From positions 2,976,001-3,040,000 of the forward strand of contig CATNEN010000030.1 of NCBI GenBank assembly GCA_950097015.1: DNA of 64,000 nucleotides, in the 5' to 3' direction. Origin of the DNA: Macrostomum hystrix. Its lineage: Eukaryota > Animalia > Platyhelminthes. Shown piece by piece: positions 1 through 13,800 of the stretch. Position 1 is the first letter of the stretch. Each line of letters starts with the position of its first letter. Both the position numbers and the translations under genes were made by a program. The notes beneath the pieces were generated by a model. It did no database searches. It was not told the origin of the DNA and saw only the letters and a list, made by a program, of their open reading frames with translations.

Positions 1-38
1 GGTCTTTACCCAGGGGGGATAGCGTGCCCTTTCTACTG
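1..38 (-). mobile_element. Terminus of a Ngaro/DIRS-like element running off the left edge of the window
   Basis: The reverse complement of 1-38 (cagtagaaagggcacgctatcccccctgggtaaagacc) matches the left end of the element at 61765 (cagtagaaagaccacgctatcccccctggggaagacc). Confidence 0.7.
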
Positions 39-312
39 TTCACTCTTTTTCTTTGAAAGAGATTTTCAAAGCTTCTGCTTCATAGCAAAGTCGGGTTAAT
101 TCCAGTCCACGTATTTGTTTTATTATAAATTGTATTAAATCACAGTTCAGTAGTTGCCTAATCTAAATTGTTTTAATTATATTCTCGTACTTATACTTAT
201 ACTCTCGTTCAACATACAAAGGCTGTGCAATCCAGTGCTCACTGTATGATCAGTGCTCATCGCTTCACTGAGTCGATGCAAAATCACTGCTTCACTTCTT
301 TAGCCTTCTCAA

Positions 313-732
313 TGAGGATTGCAATTTCCAGACTCCCTATCAATCCCGGCAAATACAAATCCCAGGAAATTCTTAAGAATGAGATTCTTGAGAATAATTA
401 GGACTAGGCCCAATGGTCAGCGTGGGAATGGAAAGCTAGGCCAAGCGATACTAATTTGACTTGCTTGACAAGTTTGACCATTAAAGAATACGAACTAAGC
501 AGTTAAATGTGTGCCGAATTCAGGGAGGAGTTTTTTCATTAGGAAATAACTATTGTTATTATGTTGCATACGTTTGTACAATGTATGTACAAGGTGCAAT
601 TAATGTTCATTTTTCATTGAGAATGTCTGGACTATTCCTGGGATTATGGGATTATTCCTGAGATTCCTGGGTTTTTTTACTTTTCCCGGGAAATTTCATC
701 AAATTCCGTGAATCCGGGATTGCAAATGTCTA
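313..732. mobile_element. Degenerate hAT-type MITE
   Basis: Imperfect terminal inverted repeats (tgaggattgcaat ... attgcaaatgtcta), flanked by a near-identical 8-mer (cttctcaa 305-312 / catctcaa 733-740) consistent with an 8-bp hAT TSD. Confidence 0.45.
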
Positions 733-1118
733 CATCTCAACACTGTGCAGTGAACTGTAAAACTCAAAGTTAGAGATTGCTTCTCCAGTTTTCCGAGTGA
801 TGCGGCTGAGATTGAATTCTGGAATGCCGTGCGTGGGTGGAACGCCTCGACCAATGGCGCTGCTCCTAGGCGCCAAACTCTCTTAGTATCTGAGCCTCCG
901 CCTTTGCTATATCTGCTTCTAAGCCTATAGGATTTTCTTGTGACACCCACACGCTGGATCTTGTAATATTGTCTTCAAGTCTGTTTGCGACTTGTTCTAT
1001 CTATAAGAAAATACTTGCTTTAGGAGAGAAAGTGAGTATCTTAAATGCATCTTGATCTGGAATTACGTTTTTCGTTTCTATAACGACGGAGCAGATTTTA
1101 CGAGTATCCCAGAGTCTT

Positions 1119-1454
1119 GGGGTGAGTGGCAGAGCGGTTCACGCGCTGGCCTCTCGCACCAAGGTCCCTGAGCTCGATTCCGCGGAGAGGCCACATTAAA
1201 TTGGGGCGCAGCCGCGGAGAGAAGGCTTGGGGGCTTGTCGTGCAATTTACGCCCTTGAGGGCCAACCTCCAAGGCACATTGAGAGTGTACACTGCCTGAC
1301 GATGAGAAAGTCAGGCCAGATGTGCACCCTGTTTGAGTGTGTGCCTGTGTACAGTAGCTGTGGGCAGAATTGCCTCCTCGCTGGCTGCAAGCCTAGTGTC
1401 ACCAAATGATGTGCCATTGCCTGCAGCCCTACTGCAATTAGTATTGTTATTATC
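1119..1454 (+). mobile_element. SINE family A (tRNA-derived head), near full length
   Basis: A-box-like tggcagagcgg and B-box-like gagctcgattcc; body shared with five other copies in the window; ends in a degenerate caattagtattgttatt tail. Confidence 0.8.
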
Positions 1455-1860
1455 ATAGAGTATTTGTTTCTAGTTCTAAGCTCTAACCCAAAGGCAGGTT
1501 TAGAGTTCGCTTCACTGCCTACGGGGAAAAGATTGTGTCCTTGAGTCATTAAGTCATTTAAAACTCTTCATCGCTTTAGTTTGCCCAGCTGTAAACTTTG
1601 CTTGGGTCGTGCTTTTTTAAAGAGAATTAAGCTATGCGTTTTTTTCCTAAAAGTTTTGATGCAAACACTTTTAAGTGTATTAGAATTCGAACTCAAGAGT
1701 ATTATAGTCCACTTTATTTTTAAGAGCACGGCTGTCATATTGATTTGAGAAATCGATCAATTTCAGTAATCCGATCAACTGTTAGTTAGTGAGGCGCGGC
1801 AGGCCTCCGACAAATCCGACCGCATTGTGCTCAAATAGGGCCTAATTGAGTAGGCCAGAG

Positions 1861-4800
1861 ATGCCAGACGCCGAGCTGTACCAGGACTGCTTGTCGGGCG
1901 CGCCAAGCTCCTGCCTGACCGAATCGGTCAGCAGCAGCAGCCGCAGCAGCTCCAATGACAAATGGATTGAGCGGAATATCTGCAAACTCGAGTGCGTCCA
2001 ATTTGTGCCCCCCGCATCCGGCTTGGACAGGTGCCAGTGCGGCAAGCCGCTGACCGAGCACCCGGCCCGCCTGACTAAGTCAACTGCCGCCACAGTCTGG
2101 GCATCGGCCAGCCACACGGAGGCTTCGCCAACGGATGCCTACGGTGTGATCGAGTTTGTCAGCGGGCCGCATCCGACTAGGGCGCATTACATTCGCGTGG
2201 CGGCCAACACTCAGCCTGAGCAGCTGCTGCACATTCTCACCAGGGTGTGGCGGCTGCGGCTGCCCAAGCTGGTGCTCACTGTACATGGCGGCATACAGAA
2301 TTTCGAGCTGCAGCCCAAGCTGAAGAAGGTTGTGCTCAATGGCATCCTGAAGGCGGCTAAGACTACGGACGCTTGGGTGATTTCTACTGGCCTTGACAAT
2401 GGCATTTCCAGGTACTGTTGCTGCTTTTTAGCACTATTAACTTTGGTGGAATCAGGGATAATGACCGAATACTAGGGTGATGACCGAAAATCTATGTAAA
2501 TGACCGAATGTCTGGGTAATGACCGAATGTCTGGGTAATGACCGAATATCTGGGTAATGACTAAATGTCTGGGTAATGACCAAATATCTTGGTAATGACC
2601 GAATATCTGGGTAATGACTAAATGTCTGGGTAATGACCAAATATCTGGGTAATGACCAAATATCTGGGTAATGACCGAATATCTGGGTAATGACAGAAAA
2701 TCTGGGTACTGACTGAATATCAAGATGATGACACAATATCAGGTAATGACCGAATGACGTGGTTACGACCGAATATCAGGGTATTCTGAAAATTCTGAAA
2801 ATGACTGAAAATTGGGGTAATGACCCAATATCAGGGTAATGACCCAATATCAGGGTAATGATCTAATATCAGGGTAATCACCAAATATCAGGGTAATGAC
2901 CGAATATCTGGGTAATGGCCGAATATCTGGGTAATGACCGAATATCTGGGTAATGAGCGACAAACAGCTAATGTTAATAACTAACGTACAAGCCTTGGGG
3001 TAATGACAGACACAGACTCAAGGTAATGTGTACAAGTAGACGTTGCCTACAAACGGCTTTTGTTATAAATTCTCTTCTGTCTCGCAGATACGTGGGTGAA
3101 TCAATCAGCGAGGAGATCCACATGAAAAAGCACCGGATTGCGGCCATCGGCATCGCGCCCTGGGGCGTCATCCGCGATCGCGAACAGCTGATTGGTCGCA
3201 ATCGCACCTGCAAGTACTTCGCCATTAGCTCGTCTAGCAAGGCGCTGTCAGTATTGAACAGGTGTCACAACTATTTTATACTGGTGGACGACGGCCAGTC
3301 GAATGTCTATGGCACGGAGATCCAGCTGCGCCGCGCTTTCGAGCGCTACCTGTGCTCAATGCGGCTGGACAAATCCCGCTTTGGCATCGGCCTGGACCGC
3401 GTGCCCGTGGTGGCCACGCTGATCGAAGGCGGCGCTAATGTGTTCCGCCACGTGCTGGACCTCACACTCGACCGGCGTCCCATTCCCGTGGTTGTGTGCG
3501 ACGGCAGCGGTCGGGCCGCCGATATCCTGGCCTTCATACACAAGAATGGCGAGCAGGTACGCCCTATACCTGCTGATTGTCGGATAGATTGAGTCTAGAT
3601 AGATAGGATTGTATCTTCAGAGAATTATCTCCCCAGTTACCGATTCATCTCCCCAGTTAGCGATTTATCCCCCCAGTTAGCGATTTATCCCCCCAGTTAC
3701 AAATCCGGAACCCGCCCACGCTTAACAGGTACTGAACTGTCCAGCCCTGGCCGACCAGATTGTGGATCTGATTCGCGACAAATTCCGTCTAACCAAGGCC
3801 AAGGCTCAGGTTGTTTTTGGCGAGATTCGTGTCTGCCTTCAAGGACCCGGCCGCGACCTTGTCTCCGTGTTTCGCCTCGGCGAAGGTCGCTTCAAAGACG
3901 TCGACGATGCTATTTTGACATCACTGCTGAGCTCGCATCACCTGTCCCATAGCAGCCAGCTGAAGCTCACAATGGCCTGGAATCGGGTGGACCTGGCCCG
4001 GTCGCATCTGTTCCAATACGGCCAGGACTGGCGCCAGGCGGACCTGGAGCGCGCCATGATGGAAGCGCTGATGAACAATCGCATCGAATTTGTTAAACTG
4101 CTGCTCGAGTGGGGCGTCAATGTTGAACGATTTCTCACCAGGCTGAGGCTCGAGGATCTCTACACTTTTTGCTTGTTTAGCGACGAGACCAAAGGTCTGG
4201 GCCGCTACCTGCGTTTCCTGCTCAAACAGACTCTGGCCAAATTCTCCAAGAAGCAGCAGCGCGTGTCTCTCTACCTAATTGGTCGTCTGGTTCAGGACCT
4301 GATTGGTAGCGGATTTGTACACGAGTACACAAGGCGATTCTGCCTGGCCAAGGCCGCCGTGAGGTCCGCCAGCGGCGCTCTGCCGCCCGACATTGCGCCG
4401 ACGGCCACTGGCGGCCTCGCATCTGAGCAGGTGAGCTGGTTGAAATTTAACTTCAGGTTGCCTTCAGGTTGCCTTCAGGTTACATCCAGGCTACCTTCAT
4501 ATTAAATTCAGCCTACCTTCAGGTTACCTTTAGGCTACCTTCATATTAAATTCAGCCTACCTTCAGGTTAACTTTAGGCTACCTTCAGGACAACTTAAGG
4601 CTACCTTCAGGTTAACTTTAGGCTACCTTCAGGTTAACTTTAGGCTACCTTCAGGTTAACTTTAGGCTACCTTCAGGTTAACTTAAGGCTACCTTCAGGT
4701 TAACTTAAGGCTACCTTCAGGTTAACTTTAGGCTACCTTCAGGTTAACTTTAGGCTACCTTCAGGTTAACTTTAGGCTACCTTCAGGTTAACTTTAGGCT

Positions 4801-7800
4801 ACCTTCAGGTTAACTTAAGGCTACCTTCAGGTTAACTTTAGGCTACCTTCAGGTTAGCTTTAGGCTACCTTCAGGTGACCCTTAAGTTACTTTCAGTGAC
4901 CCATAAGTTACCTTCATGTTTTCTTCGGGTTACCTTCAGGTGGGCTCCATTGAAATGAGATTCCAAATAAACTTCGGTTTACCTGCAGCCTAGTAGCTAT
5001 TTAAACCTGATCAGCCTCGAGAGTATATTGCCATATGTGTTTAATATATAATTCCAATACATATTAGATTATATATTTAGAAGAATTATTACGAAACAAG
5101 CTGCTGACAGCGAGACGAGCAAGGCACGATCAGATTTATTCAAATCTAGAAATTAATATTTCTGTTTGAATCGAACTGTAAAATTTTGAGGATCAAACTA
5201 AAGCGGCTCTTATGAGATTATTTGGGTTGAGTGCATTCTACAAGATGGCTTCTAACTAGGAGGCTTACAAGCTCGCCGGCGTGTTTTAGTAAGTTCCGCT
5301 GTCATCTTTTGCTGGTTAAGAATGGCTAGTTGCTTAATACGATTAGCTGACGCAGTGGCGGACTAATTCTAAGCAGAAATTTCACGCACCAATTCTCACT
5401 AGAAAATCTCACCTTGCCTCTCCGAACTCAGCTAAAAAATAGCCTTATGGATGCTGGCACTTTGATGCGTAGAGAACAAGTACGTAGAGAAATGGGAATG
5501 AGGCTGCGAATAATGTCGATGAGGAAAGCCTAAAGTACACAGAGGAGAGGGAGAGACAGAAGTAGATAGAGTGGGTAGAGAGAGAAGTAGATAGAGTGGG
5601 TAGAGAGACAGAAGTAGATAGAGTGGGTAGAGAGACAGAAGTAGATAGAGTGGGTAGAGAGACAGAAGTAGATAGAGTGGGTAGAGAGACAGAAGTAGAT
5701 AGAGTGGGTAGAGAGACAGAAGTAGATAGAGTGGGTAGAGAGACAGAAGTAGATAGAGTGGGTAGAGAGACAGAAGTAGATAGAGTGGGTAGAGAGACAG
5801 AAGTAGATAGAGTGGGTAGAGAGACAGAAGTAGATAGAGTGGGTAGAGAGACAGAAGTAGATAGAGTGGGTAGAGAGACAGAAGTAGATAGAGTGGGTAG
5901 AGAGAGAGAGAAGTAGATAGAGTGGGTAGAGAGACAGAAGTAGATAGAGTGGGTAGAGAGACAGAAGTAGATAAAGTGGGTAGAGAGGCAGAAGTAGATA
6001 GAGGTGGTAGAGAGGCAGAAGATAACACGTGCATAGTGAGAACAGGCAGGGACATGCAGTGTTATCTCACACCTGATCCCGCAATGTTAACCATTCAGGC
6101 CACCTACACGGGCGCAGCGCAATCCAACACTTTGTTGAACAGCATCAAGACTGTGCGGTCCATGCTGGGACTGGGCAGCGCCAGCGAGGCACCAGGGACA
6201 GGACAGGGGGTCAGCGGCGGTGTTCCCTTCTATCAGAGTCACAGCACTCACGCCCTGCTGCTTGGCAACCAGCAGCAGCAGCAGCAGCAGCCACAGCAGC
6301 AGGAGCAGAAGCAGGATCTGTACGAGTTTCGCTTTCCCTACACGGATCTGATGACTTGGGCGGTGCTGTGCCGGCGCTACGAATTCGCCTGGTTCTTTAT
6401 GCAGTGCGGCGAAGATGTGATCGCCAAGGCGCTGTTCTCTGCGGCACTGTTCCGCGCCATCATGAACCGGATCGATGAGGATGTGCATGTCGATTATTAT
6501 CAGGTTTGTTTGCTGAACTTTTATTAACTTAACTTTGTTCTAATGACAATGGAAGAAGAAGAGCCACTGGATCTTGAAACCTGATTACCCAGCATTAGCT
6601 AGCTCGGAGTTTTACGGGGCTTAACCTAGTGGTTAGAGCGTCGGACTAACGACTTGAAGGTCCGGGGTTCGTTCCTGACTCCATTGGGAAAATTTTTGTC
6701 TTTCAGCAAGACACTTTACTCTGCATTGCTTTGATATACCCAGCTGTTAAATGAATACCAGCATTAGCTGGGTATAATTAAGGGTGGGTGTGGCGTCCCC
6801 CCAGTCCATGGACTGAACAGCCGTACGCAGCCTTCAGATGCGCCGCGCAATAGCTGGGACTGTGCTGTCGACTGTTCACATGTTTTGGATTTTTAGTAGT
6901 TCAAATTAGGTTTAATCTTCCGTTTAAATAAAACTAGCTGTTTTACCCTATTGTGAATGTAGTTGCCATTAGCAACCAAATCGGTGTTTTCTAAGAAATG
7001 CCTCTCTACCTTAGGTTCCCCTTCAACCCGGGAAGTCTGCCCCCCTGTTCACTTCCCGAAAGTTGCTTCTTGACGACTCTTCAGTCTCGTCTAAAGACTT
7101 TCAAATGGTCGCTGCAGTGCTGCTGTTAGTGGCTTGTTTATGTCTTGAATTGCAAATATTTTATATTGCGAATGGGTAAGAGTTTGCGAGTTTGAGTTCT
7201 TTAGACCGTTTTAAAAAACAGTTTTTGTTGGACTAGTAACGATAGTCGCTTTACTATTGATAAAGCTATGGTTTAATAATGCAGTTATAAAATATTCTCC
7301 ATTTAAGTTATTATTCAATTCTGGGAATTTTTCCTTTTCCGGTCATCATAATTCTAATTTTAATCATTAGAAATTCACTGTCTGGTCATTGTGAATTCTA
7401 ATTCTGATCATTATGGATCAAAATTTTTAACATTATGTATTTACATTCTAATAATTATGGACACACCTTCTGGTCATTGTGAATTCACATTCTGGTAATT
7501 TTGGATTCACATTCTTGTCATTATGAATTCGCATTCTGGTCATTGTGAATTCACATTCTGGTCATTGTGAATTCACATTCTGGTCATTGTTAATTCACAT
7601 TCTGGTCATTGTAAATTCACATTCTGGTCACTGTGAATTCACATTCTGGTTACTATGAATTCACATTCTGGTCATTGTGAACTCACATTCTGGTTACTGT
7701 GAATTCACATTCTGGTCATTGTGAACTCACATTCTGGTTACTGTGAATTCACATTCTGGTTACTATGAATTCACATTCTGGTCATTGTGAACTCACATTC

Positions 7801-10800
7801 TGGTCACTGTGAATTCACATTCTGGTTACTATGAATTCACATTCTGGTCATTGTGAACTCACATTCTGGTCATTGTGAATTCACATTCTGGTCATTGTGA
7901 ATTCAGATTCTGGTCATTGTGAATTCACATTCTGGTTACTATGAGTTCACATTCTGGTCATTGTGAACTCACATTCTGGTCATTGTGAATTCACATTCTG
8001 GTCATTGCTAACAATCTGCTCATTATTTAAATTCTGCTCATTATTTACATTTTGGTCATCTTTGCGCCCCTGACTCTGAACTCGCAACCCAATGTTCTCA
8101 GGAGCTTGAGTCCTGGTGCGAAAAGTACGAAGCCGAAGCCCTGGCCATGCTTGAGCACTGCTACAACTTCGATCCCCGGTCAACTCGCAAGCTGATCACC
8201 TACCAGCTGGCTGAGTTCAGCGGTCACACCTGCATGAGCCTGGCCTACACCTCGCGCAGCATGCTGTTCTTGAACCACGCCTGTCCCCAGATCATCCTCA
8301 ACGACCTCTGGTACGGTGGGGTGCGGGAAACAGACGACCTGACCGGCCTGCGGGTGTTCCTGCTCTGCCTGGTTCTGCTGGCCTGCCCGCCGCTGTTCTT
8401 CGCCCTGCTATTTACCAACTTTGTTGAGTTCAAGAGCCTTCAAGAGCTGCGCGATCAGCCGCAGACGCGTGACGAATTCGGCGACGTCGAATCTTCTTCG
8501 TCGTCATCTTCGTCTTCGTCATCCTCGTCGGCTTCTAAAACAAGCGATGCCGAGGCGCGCGCTCATCGAATCAACAGACGGCAACGCGAGCATCTTCGTC
8601 ACCAGCAACAGCAGCAGCAGCAGCAGCAGGAGCAACAGCAGCAGCAGCAGCTGGCCACTGCGGCTACTCCTGCGCCAGTCTCATCGTTGCGTCATTTCAT
8701 GCGCCAAGTGCCGCAGGAGTCGCTCAGCGACAAAATCGACCGTCTCGGCCTCGGAGAGGCTGGCAATAACAGCAATAAGAGATCTGGCTGCTCTGGCCGA
8801 GTGAACTTTGTCAACGAGATTCCATTGGTGACCATTGTCCCGCCGAGTCAGCAGCAGCAGCAGCCGTCGGGTTCGAGGCCTTCGCAGCCGCAGCTGCCAA
8901 GAATTTGTAAGTTTACTAATACTTTTTTTGTCTTCTTTTTCTATGATTTTTCTTCTTCTTTGATTATTTAACTGGTTCGCAGTTCGCTCAGGCAGTCTTT
9001 GCTAACCCTGAAGCATTCTCAAATTTGGATAAATGAGTCTTCTTAAAGGATATATCTTGGGGTGTAGCTATGACCCACTCGGATGTAGCTATGACCCACT
9101 CGGATGTAGCTATGACCCACTCGGATGTAGCTATGACCCACTCGGATGTAGCTATGACCCACTCGGATGTAGCTATGACCCACTCGGATGTAGATGTGAT
9201 CCACTCGGATGTAGGTGTGATCCACTCGGATCTAGGTGTGATCCACTCGGATCTAGGTGTGATCCACTCGGATGTAGGTGTGATCCACTCGGATGTAGCT
9301 ATGATCCACTCGGATGTAGCTATGACCCACTCGGATGTAGCTATGACCCACTCGGATGTAGCTATGACCCACTCGGATGTAGCTATGACCCACTCGGATG
9401 TAGCTATGACCCACTCGGATGTAGCTATGACCCACTCGGATGTAGCTATGACCCACTCGGATGTAGATGTGATCCACTCGGATGTAGGTGTGATCCACTC
9501 GGATGTAGGTGTGATCCACTCGGATGTAGATGTGATCCACTCGGATGTAGGTGTGATCCACTCGGATGTAGGTGTGATCCACTCGGATCTAGGTGTGATC
9601 CACTCGGATCTAGGTGTGATCCACTCGGATGTAGGTGTGATCCACTCGGATGTACTTGTAGCTATGACCAACTCAGGTGTAGCTATGATGGCCCACTCGG
9701 GTGTAGCTATGATGGCCCACTCGGGTGTAGCTATGATGACCCACTCGGGTGTAGCTATGATGGCCCACTCGGGTGTAGCTATGATGGCCCACTCGGGTGT
9801 AGCTATGATGGCCCACTCGGGTGTAGCTATGATGACCCACTCGGGTGTAGCTACGATGACCCACTCGGGTGTAGCTATGATGACCCACTCGGGTGTAGCT
9901 ATGATGACCCACTCGGGTGTAGCGATGATCCACTCAGACTGTTAAGGTTGCAAAAGCCAAGCTAGTTAATTTCTTAATCCTTGTCTTTTTGTCTGCCTTT
10001 CTCATCTGGATCCGGTATTTTCGCTAACGAACTCGCATTTTCAAGGTACGCCAGTCATATTTGCCGCAGTCGCGTAGATCATTTAAAGGTATCTATTAAA
10101 CTAGCAGTAACAAATTTTTATTTAGTTCCTAGAGCAAGTTGCAATGCAAAAGCCGACAATTTCATTGGACAAGTTAATCTCATATTATCCGTCTAACATG
10201 GCACTATTATGATTTTAAATTTTAATCATACTCGCTATCCATACGGACTTATAAACTAGAGCATTGCAATGGTGTAAAACTAAATTTACAAAATAACAAG
10301 CGCGTTCTCTTTTTTAGCTCGTATAACTCGTCACTATGTAACACCTAGACTGCATGCCTGTTAGACCAGCTGTTTAAATATCGCTTGAGTGACTTCTAAC
10401 ATGTTAGACTTCTAACATTGTATCTAATCTCGCTTGACATTTATGCACTGCGACTTCTAGTACTTTGCTAAGTTGAGTGTTCAAGTATTGACTTCTTACG
10501 TGTCACCATTGAGGGAATTTACTGCTCAAGTATCACCAGAGAGGATATTGACTGCTCAAGTGTCACCAGAGAGGATATTGACTGCTCAAGTGTCACCAGA
10601 GAGGATTTTAACTGCTCAAGTGTAACCAGAGAGGATTTTATCTGCTAAAGTGTCACCAGAGAGGATTTTATCTGCTAAAGTGTAACCAGAGAGGATTTTA
10701 TCTGCTAAAGTGTCACCAGAGAGGATTTTATCTGCTAAAGTGTCACCAGAGAGGATTTTATCTGCTAAAGTGTCACCAGAGAGGATTTTAACTGCTTAAG

Positions 10801-13800
10801 TGTCACCAGAGAAGATTTTATCTGCTAAAGTGTCACCAGAGAGGATATTGACTGCTCAAGTGTCACCAGAGAGGATTTTAACTGCTCAAGTGTCACCAGA
10901 GAGGATATTGACTGCTCAAGTGTCACCAGAGAGGATTTTAACTGCTCAAGTGTCACCAGAGAGGATATTGACTGCTCAAGTGTCACCAGAGAGGATTTTA
11001 ACTGCTCAAGTGTCACCAGAGAGGATTTTATCTGCTAAAGTGTAACCAGAGAGGATTTTATCTGCTAAAGTGTCACCAGAGAGGATTTTATCTGCTAAAG
11101 TGTCACCAGAGAGGATTTTATCTGCTCAAGTGTCACCAGAGAGGATATTGACTGCTCAAATGTCACCAGAGAGGATATTGACTGCTCAAGTGTCACCAGA
11201 GAGGATATTGACTGCTCAAGTGTCACCAGAGAGGATATTGACTGCTCAAGTGTCACCAGAGAGGATATTGACTGCTCAAGTGTCACCAGAGAGGATATTG
11301 ACTGCTCAAGTGTCACCAGAGAGGCAGACTGCTCATGAAGTGTCACCAAAGTCATAGCAAACATTCGGTTGCTTTGCCTTGGAAATAAATACTGCTCCGG
11401 TGTATATTGCTCAGATACTTCTCTCAGTAACCAACTTCTTACTACTATCACCATCGAAACATGTTTTGAAATGGTTAAAAGTACAGGTTGGATAAAAGTA
11501 CACCAATTCCATTGTTAGCCTTGTCTCCGCTTGCAGCCAGCTCAGCGGTCCGCGCCGCCGGCGCTCCTCACTTTCCTCTGAAGGACTCTGAGTACTCCGG
11601 CTATCAGAACTATCACGCCAGGGGGCCGCAGCCGCAGCCGCAGCACAGCAAGCAGGATCGGCTGTCCTACAAGATGCGAGTGTCCGAATTCTTCAGCGCC
11701 CCCATCACTCGCTATTGGATTCATCTCATCACCTACGCCATCTTCATTGTGTCCTACTTCTCCTATGTGCTTGTGGTGCTGCCAGAACACGGGTTTGTGC
11801 TGGCATAATCATATTTGCTTACTGGGTGAATCTCTTTAGTGAACTCTTCTTGAGTCCAAGCTAATTAGGTACACGTACACGTCGTATTTTATTTTGGGGT
11901 CGAAGATAACAACCAGTCCTTAGGTCTTTATGTACTTTATTGCATCCAGGAAGCCAATTAGGCGATGTACTTTATGGTATCTATGGTACCCATTAGAGCG
12001 ATGTACTTTTTTGTATCTATGGTACCAATTAGGCAATGTACTTTATTGTATCTATGGTACCCATTAGAGCGATGTACTTTTTTGTATCTATGGTACCAAT
12101 TAGGCAATGTACTTTATTGTATCTATGGTACCCATTAGAGCGATGTACTTTTTTGTATCTATGGTACCAATTAGGCAATGTACTTTATTGTATCTATGGT
12201 ACCAATTAGGCAATGTACTTTATTGTATCTATGGTACCCATTAGAGCGATGTACTTTTTTGTATCTATGGTACCAATTAGGCAATGTACTTTTTTGTATC
12301 TATGGTACCAATTAGGCAATGTACTTTATTGTATCTATGGTACCCATTAGAGCGATGTACTTTTTTGCACCCAGGAGCCAATTAGAGCGATGTACTTTAT
12401 TGCATCCTGCAAGCCGATTAGAGCGATGTACTTTATGGCATCCTGCAAGCCGATTAGAGCGATGTAATTTATTGCATCTATGAAAAAATTAGGCGATGTA
12501 CTTTATTAAAATCAACAAGGTAAACTAATCATAGAACCATGGTCATTATCTTAGCTACGTGTGGCAAGAGTACCTGGTGTTCGCCTACATCGGGTCCTAC
12601 ACTCTTGACAAGGCTCGCGAGATAGCCAACTGTAACGGACTGACAATGCTTGTGAAGCTGCAGGTACACCTGTCGGACCTGTGGAACATCTACGACTTGT
12701 TCATCTGCGCCTTCTCCCTACTAGGCATTACGCTTCGCGTCGCTTCTGTTAAAAGTGTCGGTAGCGGTACAAGCGTTCCTAGTTTCTACTCAAATTATAG
12801 CCTCCTGTTGCTAGGCAACGATTCAACGCTAGGCGACGCGCACTCGGAATTCGTGCGCCAATTTTATGTATTCTTCTGCTCGCACAATATCATGGTTATC
12901 TGTCTGGCTCTGTGGCTACTGAGAATATTCGAAGTGTTGATCAACTGGAAGCATCTAGGACCCTACCTGTACATGGTGGCCACAATGATCAGCAAGATGC
13001 TGCCGCCTGTTGTCATCATTTTTATACCACTGTGCGCGTTCGGCATTGTGCGCCAGGGCATTCAATATCCGCAGTACAACACCTTTAACATCACCGTGCT
13101 CAAAGGTGTCCTACTCAAGCCCTACTTTATGCTCTATGGCGAGGTCTACGCCGGCGAGATCGATCCAGACGAATGGACTGGCCTGGAGTCCCTGATGCCT
13201 CTGCGCTGCGTGGTCCCAATCGCCATGGTGATCTTCCTGCTCGTGGCCGTGATTGTGTGCATCAGCATTATCATCGCCGTGTTTAACGATGTCTATCACG
13301 AGGTGCACGAGAAATCAAAGCAGGTTTACAAATACCTGAGATTCTCAATCATTATCGAGTACGAATCTATGCCGGTATTTCCGCCGCCTCTATCTCTGCT
13401 ATCCTGGATATTTCTGGCTGTCCGGTGGCTGCATCATCGACGGCGCAAAATCTGCAGCAGCGGTTAGTGTTCTTCTAGTCTGCTTGCTGTCAGGTAGCTA
13501 TTGACTTGGTCTAATCCTTGGCTGGTTATTTTATCATTGTTATTCCCACCACCTACACTGCAGGCGGGCCAATCAGCGCCGCCGGGTCCACCACGGTTGC
13601 CGGAGACGGCGAGGAGAACCGGGTGCACGTGATAACCTCTCTGAAACTGTTCCTCAAGCAGGACGAAATTGAAGATCTGCAAGACTTCGAAGAGGAGTGC
13701 GTTCAGGACTTCCTGCTGAGCCAGGCTAGAGCCCAGCGCGAGAAGCTCGACCATCGCATCGCTGCCACAAACCAGCTGGCTGAGAACACGGCCCTCCGAC

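Noticed and set aside
1295-1320. Hammerhead-ribozyme-like CTGACGA...GAAA in SINE family A
   Set aside because: Only 3 nt separate CUGACGA and GAAA (no helix II), there is no helix III/NUH arrangement, and CTGAC is sequestered by the downstream GTCAG.
8988-11454. Repetitive ORFs (CSYDPLG, SPERILTAQV)
   Set aside because: Minisatellites inside TRPM intron 5.
13463-13563. Apparent premature stop splitting TRPM (SSG-stop at 13467)
   Set aside because: It is resolved by a 101-nt phase-1 GT-AG intron; the gene is not a pseudogene.
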